Assembly: GCF_036917775.1 (NCBI RefSeq)
Contig: NZ_JBALEQ010000109.1
Location: 34,763-98,762, forward strand
DNA: 64,000 nt
Source of the DNA: Nostoc sp.
Lineage (GTDB): Bacteria; Cyanobacteriota; Cyanobacteriia; Cyanobacteriales; Nostocaceae
Direction: 5' to 3'
Below are positions 49,392 to 58,643 of the stretch, piece after piece (the first letter of the stretch is position 1; each line of letters starts with the position of its first letter). Under the pieces are notes generated by a model. It made no database searches and was not told the origin of the DNA. It saw only the letters and a list, made by a program, of their open reading frames with translations. A program made the translations under genes and the position numbers.

Positions 49392-50468
49392 ATGACTTCT
49401 GGAGCGCTGCCTGCCAATCCCTTTGTGGCTGCGGGGATGATTGAAGACCCCAGGCTGTTTGTTGGTCGTAAAGATGAATTACACGCGATCGCATCTCGGA
49501 TGAAGGGCGATCAGCCTACAAGTATTAATATAGTTGGCGAGAAGCACATTGGTAAATCTTCGTTGCTGCATTATTTCGTTCTGACTTGGCAGCAGCGAGT
49601 ATTAAACAACAGCAATAATTATGTGGTAATTTACCTACCGTTACGGGGTGTAGATTGCCAAACTGAAACGGGTTTCTATGAGGCTGTAGCTGAAGGTTTA
49701 CTGAGTCACGTTCAGGGATGGCAACAACACAGTCTGCAAAATTGTTGGAAGAGTAAGCCGCTTAATCGTCAAGCTTTTTCAGATGCGGTTAAGCAATGGA
49801 AACAGCAAGGAAAGCTACCCGTTCTCTGTCTGGATGATTTTGAAAGCCTTTTGAAATATCCCGATAAATTCGATAATGGATTTTATGACAATTTGCGATC
49901 GCTGATGGATAGCAACGCCTTGATGCTAGTGGTGGCTTCGCGTAAACAATTGGATGTTTATGCTAACGAGCATCGGTTTGTCTCTAGTTTTTTCAATCTT
50001 GGTCACACTATTTCTTTGAATGAACTAACTACAGATGAGGCTATTGAACTGTCGCGCTTACCAAGTCGCTCTACAAATGGTGCAGCTTTGAGTGTAGATG
50101 AACAGAGTCATGCCCAGCAATGGGGCGATCGTCATCCTTACAAGTTGCAATTGGCTGGTTACTATTTGTGGGAAGCACGTCAACAAGGCAAGGCAATCAA
50201 GTGGGCGAAACAGCAGTTTAAACAACAGCTTGGAGATCCTAAATCAAAACCAAAAGGAAAATGGTGGCAATCATTGCTGGGTTGGTTATGGGATATACCG
50301 TTGCATCTGGGTCGTCTAGCCACATTCATTGGTACGAGTTGGGATGATGTTAAAAGCAGAATCACTGGAATGTTGATTCTGATTGTGATTGGTTTGGGCC
50401 TGATGCGTGTGCTTACCATGCCTCAAGTACAGGAGTGGTTGGGAACAATTTTTAACTTTGTGAAATAG
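49392..50468 (+). CDS. P-loop ATPase (STAND-like) with a C-terminal TM helix
   Basis: NPFVAAG, LFVGRKDEL, Walker A GEKHIGKSS, Walker B LCLDDFE, hydrophobic C-terminus. Confidence 0.82.
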   Translation: MTSGALPANPFVAAGMIEDPRLFVGRKDELHAIASRMKGDQPTSINIVGEKHIGKSSLLHYFVLTWQQRVLNNSNNYVVIYLPLRGVDCQTETGFYEAVAEGLLSHVQGWQQHSLQNCWKSKPLNRQAFSDAVKQWKQQGKLPVLCLDDFESLLKYPDKFDNGFYDNLRSLMDSNALMLVVASRKQLDVYANEHRFVSSFFNLGHTISLNELTTDEAIELSRLPSRSTNGAALSVDEQSHAQQWGDRHPYKLQLAGYYLWEARQQGKAIKWAKQQFKQQLGDPKSKPKGKWWQSLLGWLWDIPLHLGRLATFIGTSWDDVKSRITGMLILIVIGLGLMRVLTMPQVQEWLGTIFNFVK

Positions 50469-50470
50469 TT

Positions 50471-52873
50471 ATGAGTAACAAGTCCCCAACATCAGGCTTT
50501 TGGAATTATGTGGGTGAATGCGTGCGCCTGCTGTATTGGATTTACTCCAAGCCTTTTATCTTTGAGCGTTGGCTGCGCGATATTCATCCAGAACTGAAGC
50601 GGATAGATAACCCCTTTGATAAACGGGCTGAGTTCGGTACTAACCCCCGCCTGCGTCGCTATGCTGGGCAAATTTGGTGGCTAACTGCTGTAATCCCAAT
50701 GGTTGCCGTATTGCTGGTAGCACCAATTTACACTCTGGTTAGTAGTGAGTCATTTAAGTGGTTTATAAGCTTTGTTTTTTTGGTGGGCTGGTTTATAGGA
50801 AGGCTTCTAGATCGTGGTGGTAATAAAAATAGGCTAGTTATTTTTCTTGTTGCTGTACTTACCTATTTTCTTACAGCTAGATTTTTATCAGGCGTGGCGT
50901 TAGGCGTGGCGTTAGGCGTGGCGGCAGGCGTGACGGCAGGCGTGGCGGTAGGCGCGGTAGGCGCGGTAGGCGTGGTGGCAGGCGTGGCGGCAGGCATGGC
51001 GGTAGGCGCGGTAGGCGCAGTAGGCGCGGTAGGCGCGGTAGGCGTGGCGGTAGGCTTGGCGGGAGGCGTGGCGGCAGGCGTGGCGGTAGGCGTGGCGGTA
51101 GGCGTGGCGGCAGGCGTGGCGGCAGGCGTGGCGGCAGGCGCGGCGGCAGGCGTGGCGGTAGGCGTGGCGGTAGGCGTGGCGTTTATTTTATGTGTGCTGC
51201 GGGTTTACTTGTGGTTGCCAGAATTACTATGGATACTCACCCTGTTTTTATTGTCTCGCAATGGAAAGCGAGTAAATTGTTTGCGATATCTGCCCCCTCG
51301 CTTTGATGAATTGATTATTTTGCCTCTGCCTTTTATGGATGTGATGATTGTAGAGGCTTATCGAAACAACCCAGTCGCTGCCCGTGAAACTATTAATTAT
51401 CTAATTACATCCACCAATCAGCAAAAAGTCGCAGCACAGGCAATTTCTGGTATTGCTGTAGATATTCTCAATCGTTGTCAGAGGTTGAGCGATATTGTAG
51501 AAATTGCCAACCAACTAGCGTGGATTCCCTCACCACCACCAAAGGAACTTGGCGTTGTACTACCCCAATTTTTGGAAATCAGTCAGAATGTACGGGCATC
51601 AGAGGAAGCAACTTCACCTTTTCGTAAATATGAGTTACTCAATATTCCCATCACTGCATTACGCCAACTGGGGCAAAGTCTAGCTTTGACTAAAGATGCT
51701 CGCGTTGCTGTCTCTTTTGGCAACACTTCACAAAGCTGGCTAACTATACTAGAGACGGCGCAGCGCACTTTAAACGAACAGGCACAGCAATCAAAAGAAA
51801 TTCGCCAAGTTTATATTGCTGGTAACTCGCTAGACCCCGAAACAGCGAAGAATCGTTTCAAAGGGCGAAAGGACATATTTGAGGAAATCGAATCGTTGGC
51901 GCTTTCTGAGCAACCGCCAGTGTTGTTACTCTACGGAGGGCGGAGGACAGGGAAAACCTCAGCGCTGAAGTATCTACCTTACAGAATAGGAGCAAATATT
52001 GTACCTTTGCTAGTAGATTTACAAGGAGCAGCATCAGCCACAACCTTAAAAGGATTGGCTGAAAATTTAGCTCAACAAATTATCGAAGCTGCACGGCGAT
52101 TACCCCGCACAGTAAAGTTACCTTATCCAGATGCCAAGAAACTAGCTGAAGATCCATTTCCCGCGCTGCAAACTTGGTTAGCAGAAATAGAACGCAGCAA
52201 CTCTGGTAAGCAATTTCTCCTCTGTCTGGATGAATATGAACGCCTCGGTGAGGTAGTGGAAGCAACAAGCAGCCGTGCGCCTCTCAATTTTATTCGTAAC
52301 CTGGTGCAACACCAACGTAAGTGGATTTTACTTTTTAGTGGTTCGCAGGAGTTATCTGAACTTGATGATTACTGGAGTGACTATCTAATTAACACCCGTG
52401 CTTTGCGAATGACTTACTTGCAAGAGTTAGAAGCCCGCGATTTGATTCAACAGCCAGTAGAAAACTTCAGCGATATCTATGAACTAACTGCTGTAGATGA
52501 AATTATCCGACTTACTCGCTGTCAACCTTATCTCGTTCAGTTGGTGTGTTATGAGGTGGTAGAGTTGCTAAACCGCGATATCAGAAAAAACAGGCGAGAA
52601 GCAGATACAGCAAAAGCTACTGCACAGGATGTTCAAGAAGTTATACCTGTTGTGCTTGAGCGAGGCGATCAGTATTTTCGGGAATTATGGAAGAGTTTAA
52701 CAGATAGCGATCGCTCTCTCCTACGCCGGATAATCTACGGGGAAACTCCCACACAGCAAGACAAAGGCGTTATCCGCAAACTAACGCGAAAAGAAATCTT
52801 GACTCCAGAAGGCAATGCTTTTCAAGTGCCTTTAGTACAAAAATATATAGAACAGTTGCTAGAAGAAGAGTGA
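50471..52873 (+). CDS. Membrane protein with a Gly/Val/Ala repeat and a C-terminal P-loop ATPase
   Basis: N-terminal TM helices, (GVA[A/V])n, YIAGNSL, RFKGRKD, Walker A GGRRTGKTS, Walker B LCLDEYE; 2 nt from the upstream gene. Confidence 0.82.
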   Translation: MSNKSPTSGFWNYVGECVRLLYWIYSKPFIFERWLRDIHPELKRIDNPFDKRAEFGTNPRLRRYAGQIWWLTAVIPMVAVLLVAPIYTLVSSESFKWFISFVFLVGWFIGRLLDRGGNKNRLVIFLVAVLTYFLTARFLSGVALGVALGVAAGVTAGVAVGAVGAVGVVAGVAAGMAVGAVGAVGAVGAVGVAVGLAGGVAAGVAVGVAVGVAAGVAAGVAAGAAAGVAVGVAVGVAFILCVLRVYLWLPELLWILTLFLLSRNGKRVNCLRYLPPRFDELIILPLPFMDVMIVEAYRNNPVAARETINYLITSTNQQKVAAQAISGIAVDILNRCQRLSDIVEIANQLAWIPSPPPKELGVVLPQFLEISQNVRASEEATSPFRKYELLNIPITALRQLGQSLALTKDARVAVSFGNTSQSWLTILETAQRTLNEQAQQSKEIRQVYIAGNSLDPETAKNRFKGRKDIFEEIESLALSEQPPVLLLYGGRRTGKTSALKYLPYRIGANIVPLLVDLQGAASATTLKGLAENLAQQIIEAARRLPRTVKLPYPDAKKLAEDPFPALQTWLAEIERSNSGKQFLLCLDEYERLGEVVEATSSRAPLNFIRNLVQHQRKWILLFSGSQELSELDDYWSDYLINTRALRMTYLQELEARDLIQQPVENFSDIYELTAVDEIIRLTRCQPYLVQLVCYEVVELLNRDIRKNRREADTAKATAQDVQEVIPVVLERGDQYFRELWKSLTDSDRSLLRRIIYGETPTQQDKGVIRKLTRKEILTPEGNAFQVPLVQKYIEQLLEEE
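50891..51181 (+). repeat. Intragenic GC-rich 12-nt/9-nt tandem repeat
   Basis: GGCGTGGCGG[C/T]A and GGCGCGGTA units. Confidence 0.95.
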
Positions 52874-52952
52874 TATAGACAATTTTATTTAAGTTGCGAA
52901 ATTAGTCCTAGAGGCAGGCAACAGGCAATAGGCAATACAATAATCAGTCCTT

Positions 52953-53001
52953 TGTAGAGACGGCGATTTATCGCGTCTCTTGCCTTAACCGAACCGTATT
53001 G
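52953..53001 (+). repeat. REP-like hairpin plus ccttaaccgaaccgtattg motif (right flank)
   Basis: tgtagagacggcgatttatcgcgtctct (52953-52980) and 52983-53001. Confidence 0.8.
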
Positions 53002-53097
53002 AGAGTTTACCTACTTTCAAAAACATGGGTGTAGGAGAGAACAAAGTTTTCATCGTTATTGTCGCAACCGATATCGCTACAGTCATAAAGGAAGCTG

Positions 53098-53271
53098 CTA
53101 CAGACTACGCAAAACACGGAAATGTGAACGCAGAACCTTCTACAGACTACGCGGAATACGGAAACGTGAACGTAGAACCTTCTACAGACTACGCGGAATA
53201 AGGAAACGTGAACGCAGAACTTCCTACAGACTACGCAAAACACTGAAACGTGAACGCAGAACCTTCTACAG
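53098..53271. repeat. 42-nt tandem array x4 plus a partial unit
   Basis: CTACAGACTACGC...GTGAACGCAGAACCTT units at 53098, 53140, 53182, 53224 and 53266. Confidence 0.95.
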
Positions 53272-53311
53272 CGAAAGCAGAAGTTGCTACCGTTATAGTT
53301 TCGTGCCGTAA

Positions 53312-54154
53312 TTAACTATGAAACATCACAGTTACTAAAGGTAACAAAGCTAACAGAAAGCCATGCCAAGATTGCAATTGATTTTCTGGGGTTGGTTCTG
53401 ATGGTGCTAATAAAGCTTCTACTCTTTGTTCTAAACGATCTGCACCAGAGGAACCTAATGCAGCACAGCAAATTTCCGATAAGACGGGGCTGCTACTAAC
53501 TACTAATAATAGTGATTCTGCTAACACCAGAGGGTCTACCTGCAATGCTGCATAACCATCGGCACGGAGTTCGCGCAAAGCTAAAAGTTCTTCCCACAAA
53601 GGCTCTGTATTCGGCAACCATGCAGTGCAAGAACGCACCCAACCCAGCCAGAAAAACCAGAACGTATCCCTATAATGGTGATGCCCTTGCTCATGGGCTA
53701 AAACGCTTTCTAAATGAGCGGGTGAGAGAGTTTGCATTAATCCTTGGCTAACCACTAATTCTGGTTGCCAAAAACCAATTTGACCTGCAAACAACGCGCC
53801 CGTTTGCAGCAGTCTGGCTCGTCTATCGCCAACATTCACTAAAGGGCAGTTACGGGCAGATTCAACAGACTGCCAACCCTGGAAAGCAAGTTTAATACAT
53901 GAAATGGCAAAAAATGCCAAATAAATTAATGCTAGTAAATAGCTAATTGAGCCTGTATACATCCCGCCCATTTGACCTTGAGGCCCCATGAACAGGACAG
54001 CGATCGCAGTCATGAAAATTAGCAAGGGCGGGAAGAGAAACAAAAATAGCGATCGCTGCCACCGCAGATTCCAATTACCTTGGTGTTGATTCCAAGCGGA
54101 TCTTAACCACCAGGCAACTGCCAAAGAATTCAAAATCATTATCAGATGCATCAT
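53312..54154 (-). CDS. M56 (BlaR1-like) membrane metallopeptidase
   Basis: TM helices, AHEQGHH zinc motif, RELRAD; 4-nt overlap with the repressor gene. Confidence 0.88.
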   Translation of the reverse strand: MMHLIMILNSLAVAWWLRSAWNQHQGNWNLRWQRSLFLFLFPPLLIFMTAIAVLFMGPQGQMGGMYTGSISYLLALIYLAFFAISCIKLAFQGWQSVESARNCPLVNVGDRRARLLQTGALFAGQIGFWQPELVVSQGLMQTLSPAHLESVLAHEQGHHHYRDTFWFFWLGWVRSCTAWLPNTEPLWEELLALRELRADGYAALQVDPLVLAESLLLVVSSSPVLSEICCAALGSSGADRLEQRVEALLAPSEPTPENQLQSWHGFLLALLPLVTVMFHS

Positions 54155-54570
54155 TTTTCCTCCCTGGCTTGGCGTGCAGATTGAATACGTTTGGCGATCG
54201 CTGCTATTTGCTCACTAGCTGCTTCATCCAGACTATCAGCAAAAGCTGCAACAACATCGGGGTTTCCCACTGCCAGAAATCGCTGTAACTGCTCATGAGC
54301 TTTGATGACATCTGATTGCTGCTTACTCAGCATTGGCCGCCAATAGAATGCTCGCTCTTTTTTATCGCAGGCTAACCAACCTTTATCAGTGAGGCGACGT
54401 AAAACTGTGGTGACAGAAGTATAGGCTAATTCGCGGTTGGGATCAGTCAAAATGCGATCGTGTACATCTTTGACTGTGGCTGAACCAAGTTCCCAGATTA
54501 TATTTAAAATTTCCGCTTCCAAGGGGCCTAAAGATAGTTGTTTAGGGCGGTAGTCGGGTAAAGGTGCCAT
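54151..54570 (-). CDS. BlaI/MecI/CopY family repressor
   Basis: LGPLEAEILNIIW, AYTSVTTVLRRLTDKGWL winged helix. Confidence 0.92.
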   Translation of the reverse strand: MAPLPDYRPKQLSLGPLEAEILNIIWELGSATVKDVHDRILTDPNRELAYTSVTTVLRRLTDKGWLACDKKERAFYWRPMLSKQQSDVIKAHEQLQRFLAVGNPDVVAAFADSLDEAASEQIAAIAKRIQSARQAREEK

Positions 54571-54897
54571 AGCGATTTCGATTTGAGATAAGCGGACTGG
54601 AGGTGAAAATTTTAGTTTTGTTTGGCAAGCTTAGTCAGTATGCGTAGTGGTGCTAACTTGGAATGCCAAATACAGCTTGAGAAAGTCTGTTCTTGTTTTA
54701 CATTACAGGATAATGCAGCAAGTCTGAAAATCTATAAGCATAAAAATGGACTTTTTGAGTATTTATGTATTGAATGGGTTACATAGTGTATTTTGATGCT
54801 AGAAAAATCTTTGGGAGTAATTGTAACTATAGTTAGTGTCACCAACTGGGTAGAATGTTATTTGCGGAAGTTGTATTAAAGCAGGTGTATCCAGCGC

Positions 54898-55632
54898 GTG
54901 AAGCTATTCGTATACCACACTCCTGAATTGACTCCAACAGGTAAAGCGCCAGAATGTGCGATCGCAGTCGATGTTTTGCGGGCTACTAGCACAATAGCGA
55001 CAGTTTTGGCAGCTGGAGGCGAAGCTGTACAAGTATTCAGCGATTTAGACAAGTTAATTGAAGTTAGCGAAAAATGGCCCGATGAAAAACGGCTACGGGC
55101 TGGAGAACGCGGCGGGGCGAAAGTACCTGGCTTTGAGTTGGGTAACTCTCCCCTCGACTGCACACCAGAATTAGTGCAGGGGCGACGGTTGTTTATCAGT
55201 ACCACTAATGGCACTCGTGCTTTACAACGGGTACAAGACTCCCCAAATCTATTAGCAGCAGCCTTGATTAACCGGGCGGCGGTGGTGCAATTTCTCTTGG
55301 AGAAGCAACCAGAGACAGTGTGGATTGTCGGTTCCGGTTGGGAAGGTAGTTTTTCTTTAGAGGATACAGTTTGTGCGGGTGCGATCGCTCATAGTATTTT
55401 AAAACAAACACAGTTGTCACCAGAAGAACTAGCTGGTAACGATGAAGTGGCTGGTGCGATCGCTCTTTACTCTCAGTGGCAAGATAACTTATTAGGATTA
55501 TTCCACCAAGCTAGTCACGGTCAACGATTGTTGCGTCTTGACTGTCTAGATGATTTAAAATACTGTTCCCAAACCGATATTTTAGATGTTTTGCCCATAC
55601 AACATGAAACGGGAGTTTTAAAAAGAGGATAG
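54898..55632 (+). CDS. comB: 2-phosphosulfolactate phosphatase family protein
   Basis: [32 protein letters not shown]. Confidence 0.93.
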   Translation: MKLFVYHTPELTPTGKAPECAIAVDVLRATSTIATVLAAGGEAVQVFSDLDKLIEVSEKWPDEKRLRAGERGGAKVPGFELGNSPLDCTPELVQGRRLFISTTNGTRALQRVQDSPNLLAAALINRAAVVQFLLEKQPETVWIVGSGWEGSFSLEDTVCAGAIAHSILKQTQLSPEELAGNDEVAGAIALYSQWQDNLLGLFHQASHGQRLLRLDCLDDLKYCSQTDILDVLPIQHETGVLKRG

Positions 55633-55720
55633 GGAATGGGGGCAGGGAGCAGGGAGCAGGTGGCAGAGGGAGACAAGGGGGACAAGGGGGACAAGGAAAA
55701 TGAAAATAACCATTCCCTAT
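55633..55720. repeat. Mixed heptamer/nonamer repeats
   Basis: cagggag and gggggacaa units between convergent genes. Confidence 0.8.
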
Positions 55721-56607
55721 GTCCCATTCCCAATTTTCAAATCCCTAAGCATTTGTCGGAGTCTTTGTCGCCAATGAGGCGCATAAGTCCCTAGAATCGC
55801 AGAAATTTTCCCACAAGCAAGCACAGAATAGGCTGGGCGACTGGCTGGTGTTGGATATTCGGCAGTTGTAATGGGGACAATACGTTCAACTTTCAAAGGG
55901 AAGCCTAGCTGTTGGGCTTCTTCAAAAATGGCAACGGCAAAATCATACCAGCTAGCAACGCCGCTATTCGTGTAGTGATAAGTGCCACTAATTTCTGGGG
56001 TTAACTGGGGAATCGTCTGGGCGATGACTGCGGCTATATCTTGCGCCCATGTCGGGCTACCAATTTGATCGGCGACAACACGGAGTTCTTGGCATTCTGC
56101 ACCTAGTCGCAGCATGGTTTTGACAAAATTACTTTTGCCAAAGGTTCCATAAACCCAAGCAGTACGGAGGATGAGATAATGGGCGCAGGCTTCCCGAATT
56201 GCTTCTTCTCCAGCAAGTTTGGTTTTACCATAAACACTCAAGGGATTAGTTGCATCGGTTTCCTGGTAAGGGCGATAGCCATTACCATCAAAAACATAAT
56301 CGGTCGAAATATGAATTAGAAAAGCTCCTAATTTTTGGCTTTCTTGGGCAATAATTAGGGGTGCAGTAGCATTAATAGCGATCGCAAGTTCAGGTTCGCT
56401 TTCAGCTTTGTCTACAGCAGTGTAAGCAGCAGCATTAATAATGATTTGCGGTTGCTTTGCTTTGATAAAGTTGCGGAGGTTATCGGGTTGGGCAAGGTCT
56501 ACTATTGGGCGTGCTACTGAGATAACATCGCCATAACTTGAGAGGATTTGTTCTAGTTCCTTGCCTACTTGACCGTTGCTACCAATCAGCAAAATTGATT
56601 TAGTCAT
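55717..56607 (-). CDS. rfbD: dTDP-4-dehydrorhamnose reductase
   Basis: GSNGQVG, NAAAYTAVDKAE, ISTDYVFDG, YGKTK. Confidence 0.96.
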   Translation of the reverse strand: MTKSILLIGSNGQVGKELEQILSSYGDVISVARPIVDLAQPDNLRNFIKAKQPQIIINAAAYTAVDKAESEPELAIAINATAPLIIAQESQKLGAFLIHISTDYVFDGNGYRPYQETDATNPLSVYGKTKLAGEEAIREACAHYLILRTAWVYGTFGKSNFVKTMLRLGAECQELRVVADQIGSPTWAQDIAAVIAQTIPQLTPEISGTYHYTNSGVASWYDFAVAIFEEAQQLGFPLKVERIVPITTAEYPTPASRPAYSVLACGKISAILGTYAPHWRQRLRQMLRDLKIGNGT

Positions 56608-56613
56608 TTGTCA

Positions 56614-56637
56614 CTTGTACTGAGCGGAGCCGAAGTA
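56614..56637. repeat. 24-nt SDR-like element inserted in an ATTTGTC heptamer array
   Basis: cttgtactgagcggagccgaagta flanked by tcatttg units. Confidence 0.75.
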
Positions 56638-56768
56638 TTTGTCATTTGTCATTTGTCCAAGAGAAGCCATGCCCACTCTTTAACGTGGTTTGAATTAGTT
56701 CGATGAAAGACAAAGTTTTTCCGCACACTATAAAAGTAAGCTTAGGGTATAGCAAGAGGCTGGGTATC

Positions 56769-56807
56769 TGACCAATGACCAATGACCAATGACCAATGAC
56801 CAATGAC
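56769..56807. repeat. STRR heptamer array TGACCAA x5
   Basis: Direct reading. Confidence 0.92.
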
Positions 56808-56810
56808 TAC

Positions 56811-57356
56811 TTAATCAAATACTTCAGCCGTTCTCAAAGGTTTCCCCGCTTGGTCTTTAGCTGATAAAATTGGTGGCCCACTCACGGGCCAATCTATCGC
56901 TAAATCTGGATCGTTCCATAAAATTGTGCGATCGCTTTGGGGCGCGTAATAATCTGTAGTTTTGTAGAGAACTTCAGCTATTTCTGAAAGTACGAGGAAG
57001 CCGTGAGCAAAGCCTAATGGTATCCACAATATGCGTTTGTTCTCAGCGCTGAGTTCTGAACCTACCCATTTACCAAAGGTAGGAGAGCTTTTTCTAATAT
57101 CTACAGCTACGTCAAAAATAGTACCAACAACAGCACGGATGAGTTTACCTTGGGGCTGTTGGATTTGATAGTGCAATCCACGTAGAACGTTTTGTTTAGA
57201 GCAAGAATGGTTATCTTGGACGAAGTTCGTAACAATCCCTATCTCTTGAGCAAATTTTTGGTGGTTGTAAGCTTCAAAAAAGAAACCGCGATCGTCTGCA
57301 AATACTTGGGGTTCAATTTGCAGAACTTCAGGAATCTTGGTATTTACAATGCTCAT
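56811..57356 (-). CDS. rfbC: dTDP-4-dehydrorhamnose 3,5-epimerase
   Basis: DDRGFF, QDNHS, LRGLHYQ, DVAVDIR, GFAHGF. Confidence 0.96.
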   Translation of the reverse strand: MSIVNTKIPEVLQIEPQVFADDRGFFFEAYNHQKFAQEIGIVTNFVQDNHSCSKQNVLRGLHYQIQQPQGKLIRAVVGTIFDVAVDIRKSSPTFGKWVGSELSAENKRILWIPLGFAHGFLVLSEIAEVLYKTTDYYAPQSDRTILWNDPDLAIDWPVSGPPILSAKDQAGKPLRTAEVFD

Positions 57357-57474
57357 TAATATTATTTATCGGATGTGCCGCAGTATTTTGATTGTTAGAT
57401 GAACTTCGCATTCATATTTTACAGGCACTGTGTTCCAACTTTAATGGTGGCTTGTCCTATTTTTAATAAGTGAA

Positions 57475-58551
57475 TTAGGTCAGTTCAATTTGACAGTCAT
57501 CGCCAATCAAAAATCGCAAGGCTTTGGGGCGACGAGGTGCAAGACTCAATTGCGCTCTTTGTCCAATCACACTATCAATAATGCGCTGATGGATTCCGGC
57601 AATTTTTGCACCTTCTAAAATCACACTGTGTTCTAAATCAGTATCAATGAGTGTGACGTTGTTAGCAATACTACTATAAGGGCCAATAAAGCAGTTTTCT
57701 AAATGACAATCGCTACCAATGACTACTGGCCCCCGAATTGTGCAGTTAATTACTTTAGATTTTGCACCAATTTTTACTCGTCCAATAATCTGACTTTGAG
57801 AATCAATTTCGCCCATAACTGATGCTATCAGATAGGTATCGAGAATCAATCGGTTAGCTTCTAACAAGTCATCTTTTTTGCCAGTATCTAGCCACCAGCC
57901 TTTGAGATTGTAGGCTACAACCTGCTTTTCCTGATTAATCAGGTGTTGAATAGCATCAGTTATTTCCAGTTCGCCTCTGGCAGAAGGTTGGATATTTGCG
58001 ATCGCATCATAAATCAGGTGAGAAAAGAAATAAACCCCTACTAATGCCAGATTTGAAGGAGGAACTTTGGGTTTTTCAATTAACTGTAATACCCGTCCTG
58101 TATCATCTACTTCAGCTACACCAAAGGCGCTAGGGTTAGCAACTGAACGTAAGAGAATCAGAGCATCTGGCTGTTGTTGGCTAAATTGTTGTAGAAAGTA
58201 ACGTAACTCACCTAGTTGAATCAGGTTATCGCCCAAGTACATGACAAAGGGAGAATCACCTAAAAAAGGATGAGCTACTTGGACGGCGTGAGCAAGTCCA
58301 AGTGGCTTATCTTGTACGATGTAGGTGATGTTCGCTCCAAAGGATTCTCCATTTCCGGTTTTCCCTTGGACTTCTGCCCCGGTTTCTGGACTGATGATGA
58401 TGCCAATATCAGTAATACCAGCCGCGACCATTTCTTCAATGCCGTACCATAAAACAGGTTTATTAGCAACTGGTACAAGTTGTTTTGCCCCGCTATAAGT
58501 GAGGGGACGTAAGCGTGTACCTTTACCGCCAGAAAGAATTAGTGCTTTCAT
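57475..58551 (-). CDS. rfbA: Glucose-1-phosphate thymidylyltransferase (long form)
   Basis: GGKGTRLRPLT, KQLVPVANKP, YLGDN, RGELEITD, WWLDTG. Confidence 0.95.
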   Translation of the reverse strand: MKALILSGGKGTRLRPLTYSGAKQLVPVANKPVLWYGIEEMVAAGITDIGIIISPETGAEVQGKTGNGESFGANITYIVQDKPLGLAHAVQVAHPFLGDSPFVMYLGDNLIQLGELRYFLQQFSQQQPDALILLRSVANPSAFGVAEVDDTGRVLQLIEKPKVPPSNLALVGVYFFSHLIYDAIANIQPSARGELEITDAIQHLINQEKQVVAYNLKGWWLDTGKKDDLLEANRLILDTYLIASVMGEIDSQSQIIGRVKIGAKSKVINCTIRGPVVIGSDCHLENCFIGPYSSIANNVTLIDTDLEHSVILEGAKIAGIHQRIIDSVIGQRAQLSLAPRRPKALRFLIGDDCQIELT

Positions 58552-58643
58552 CAGGATTTAGAATTAATTATCAAGTCATTAGTCAAGATAATCTGAAACC
58601 TTGACAAAATCCCAAATCATTGCATTTAAATTCTGGCGTTAGT

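Noticed and set aside
53098-53271. CRISPR array interpretation of the 42-nt (and 21-nt) repeats
   Set aside because: Units are directly adjacent with no unique spacers, and there are no cas genes in the window
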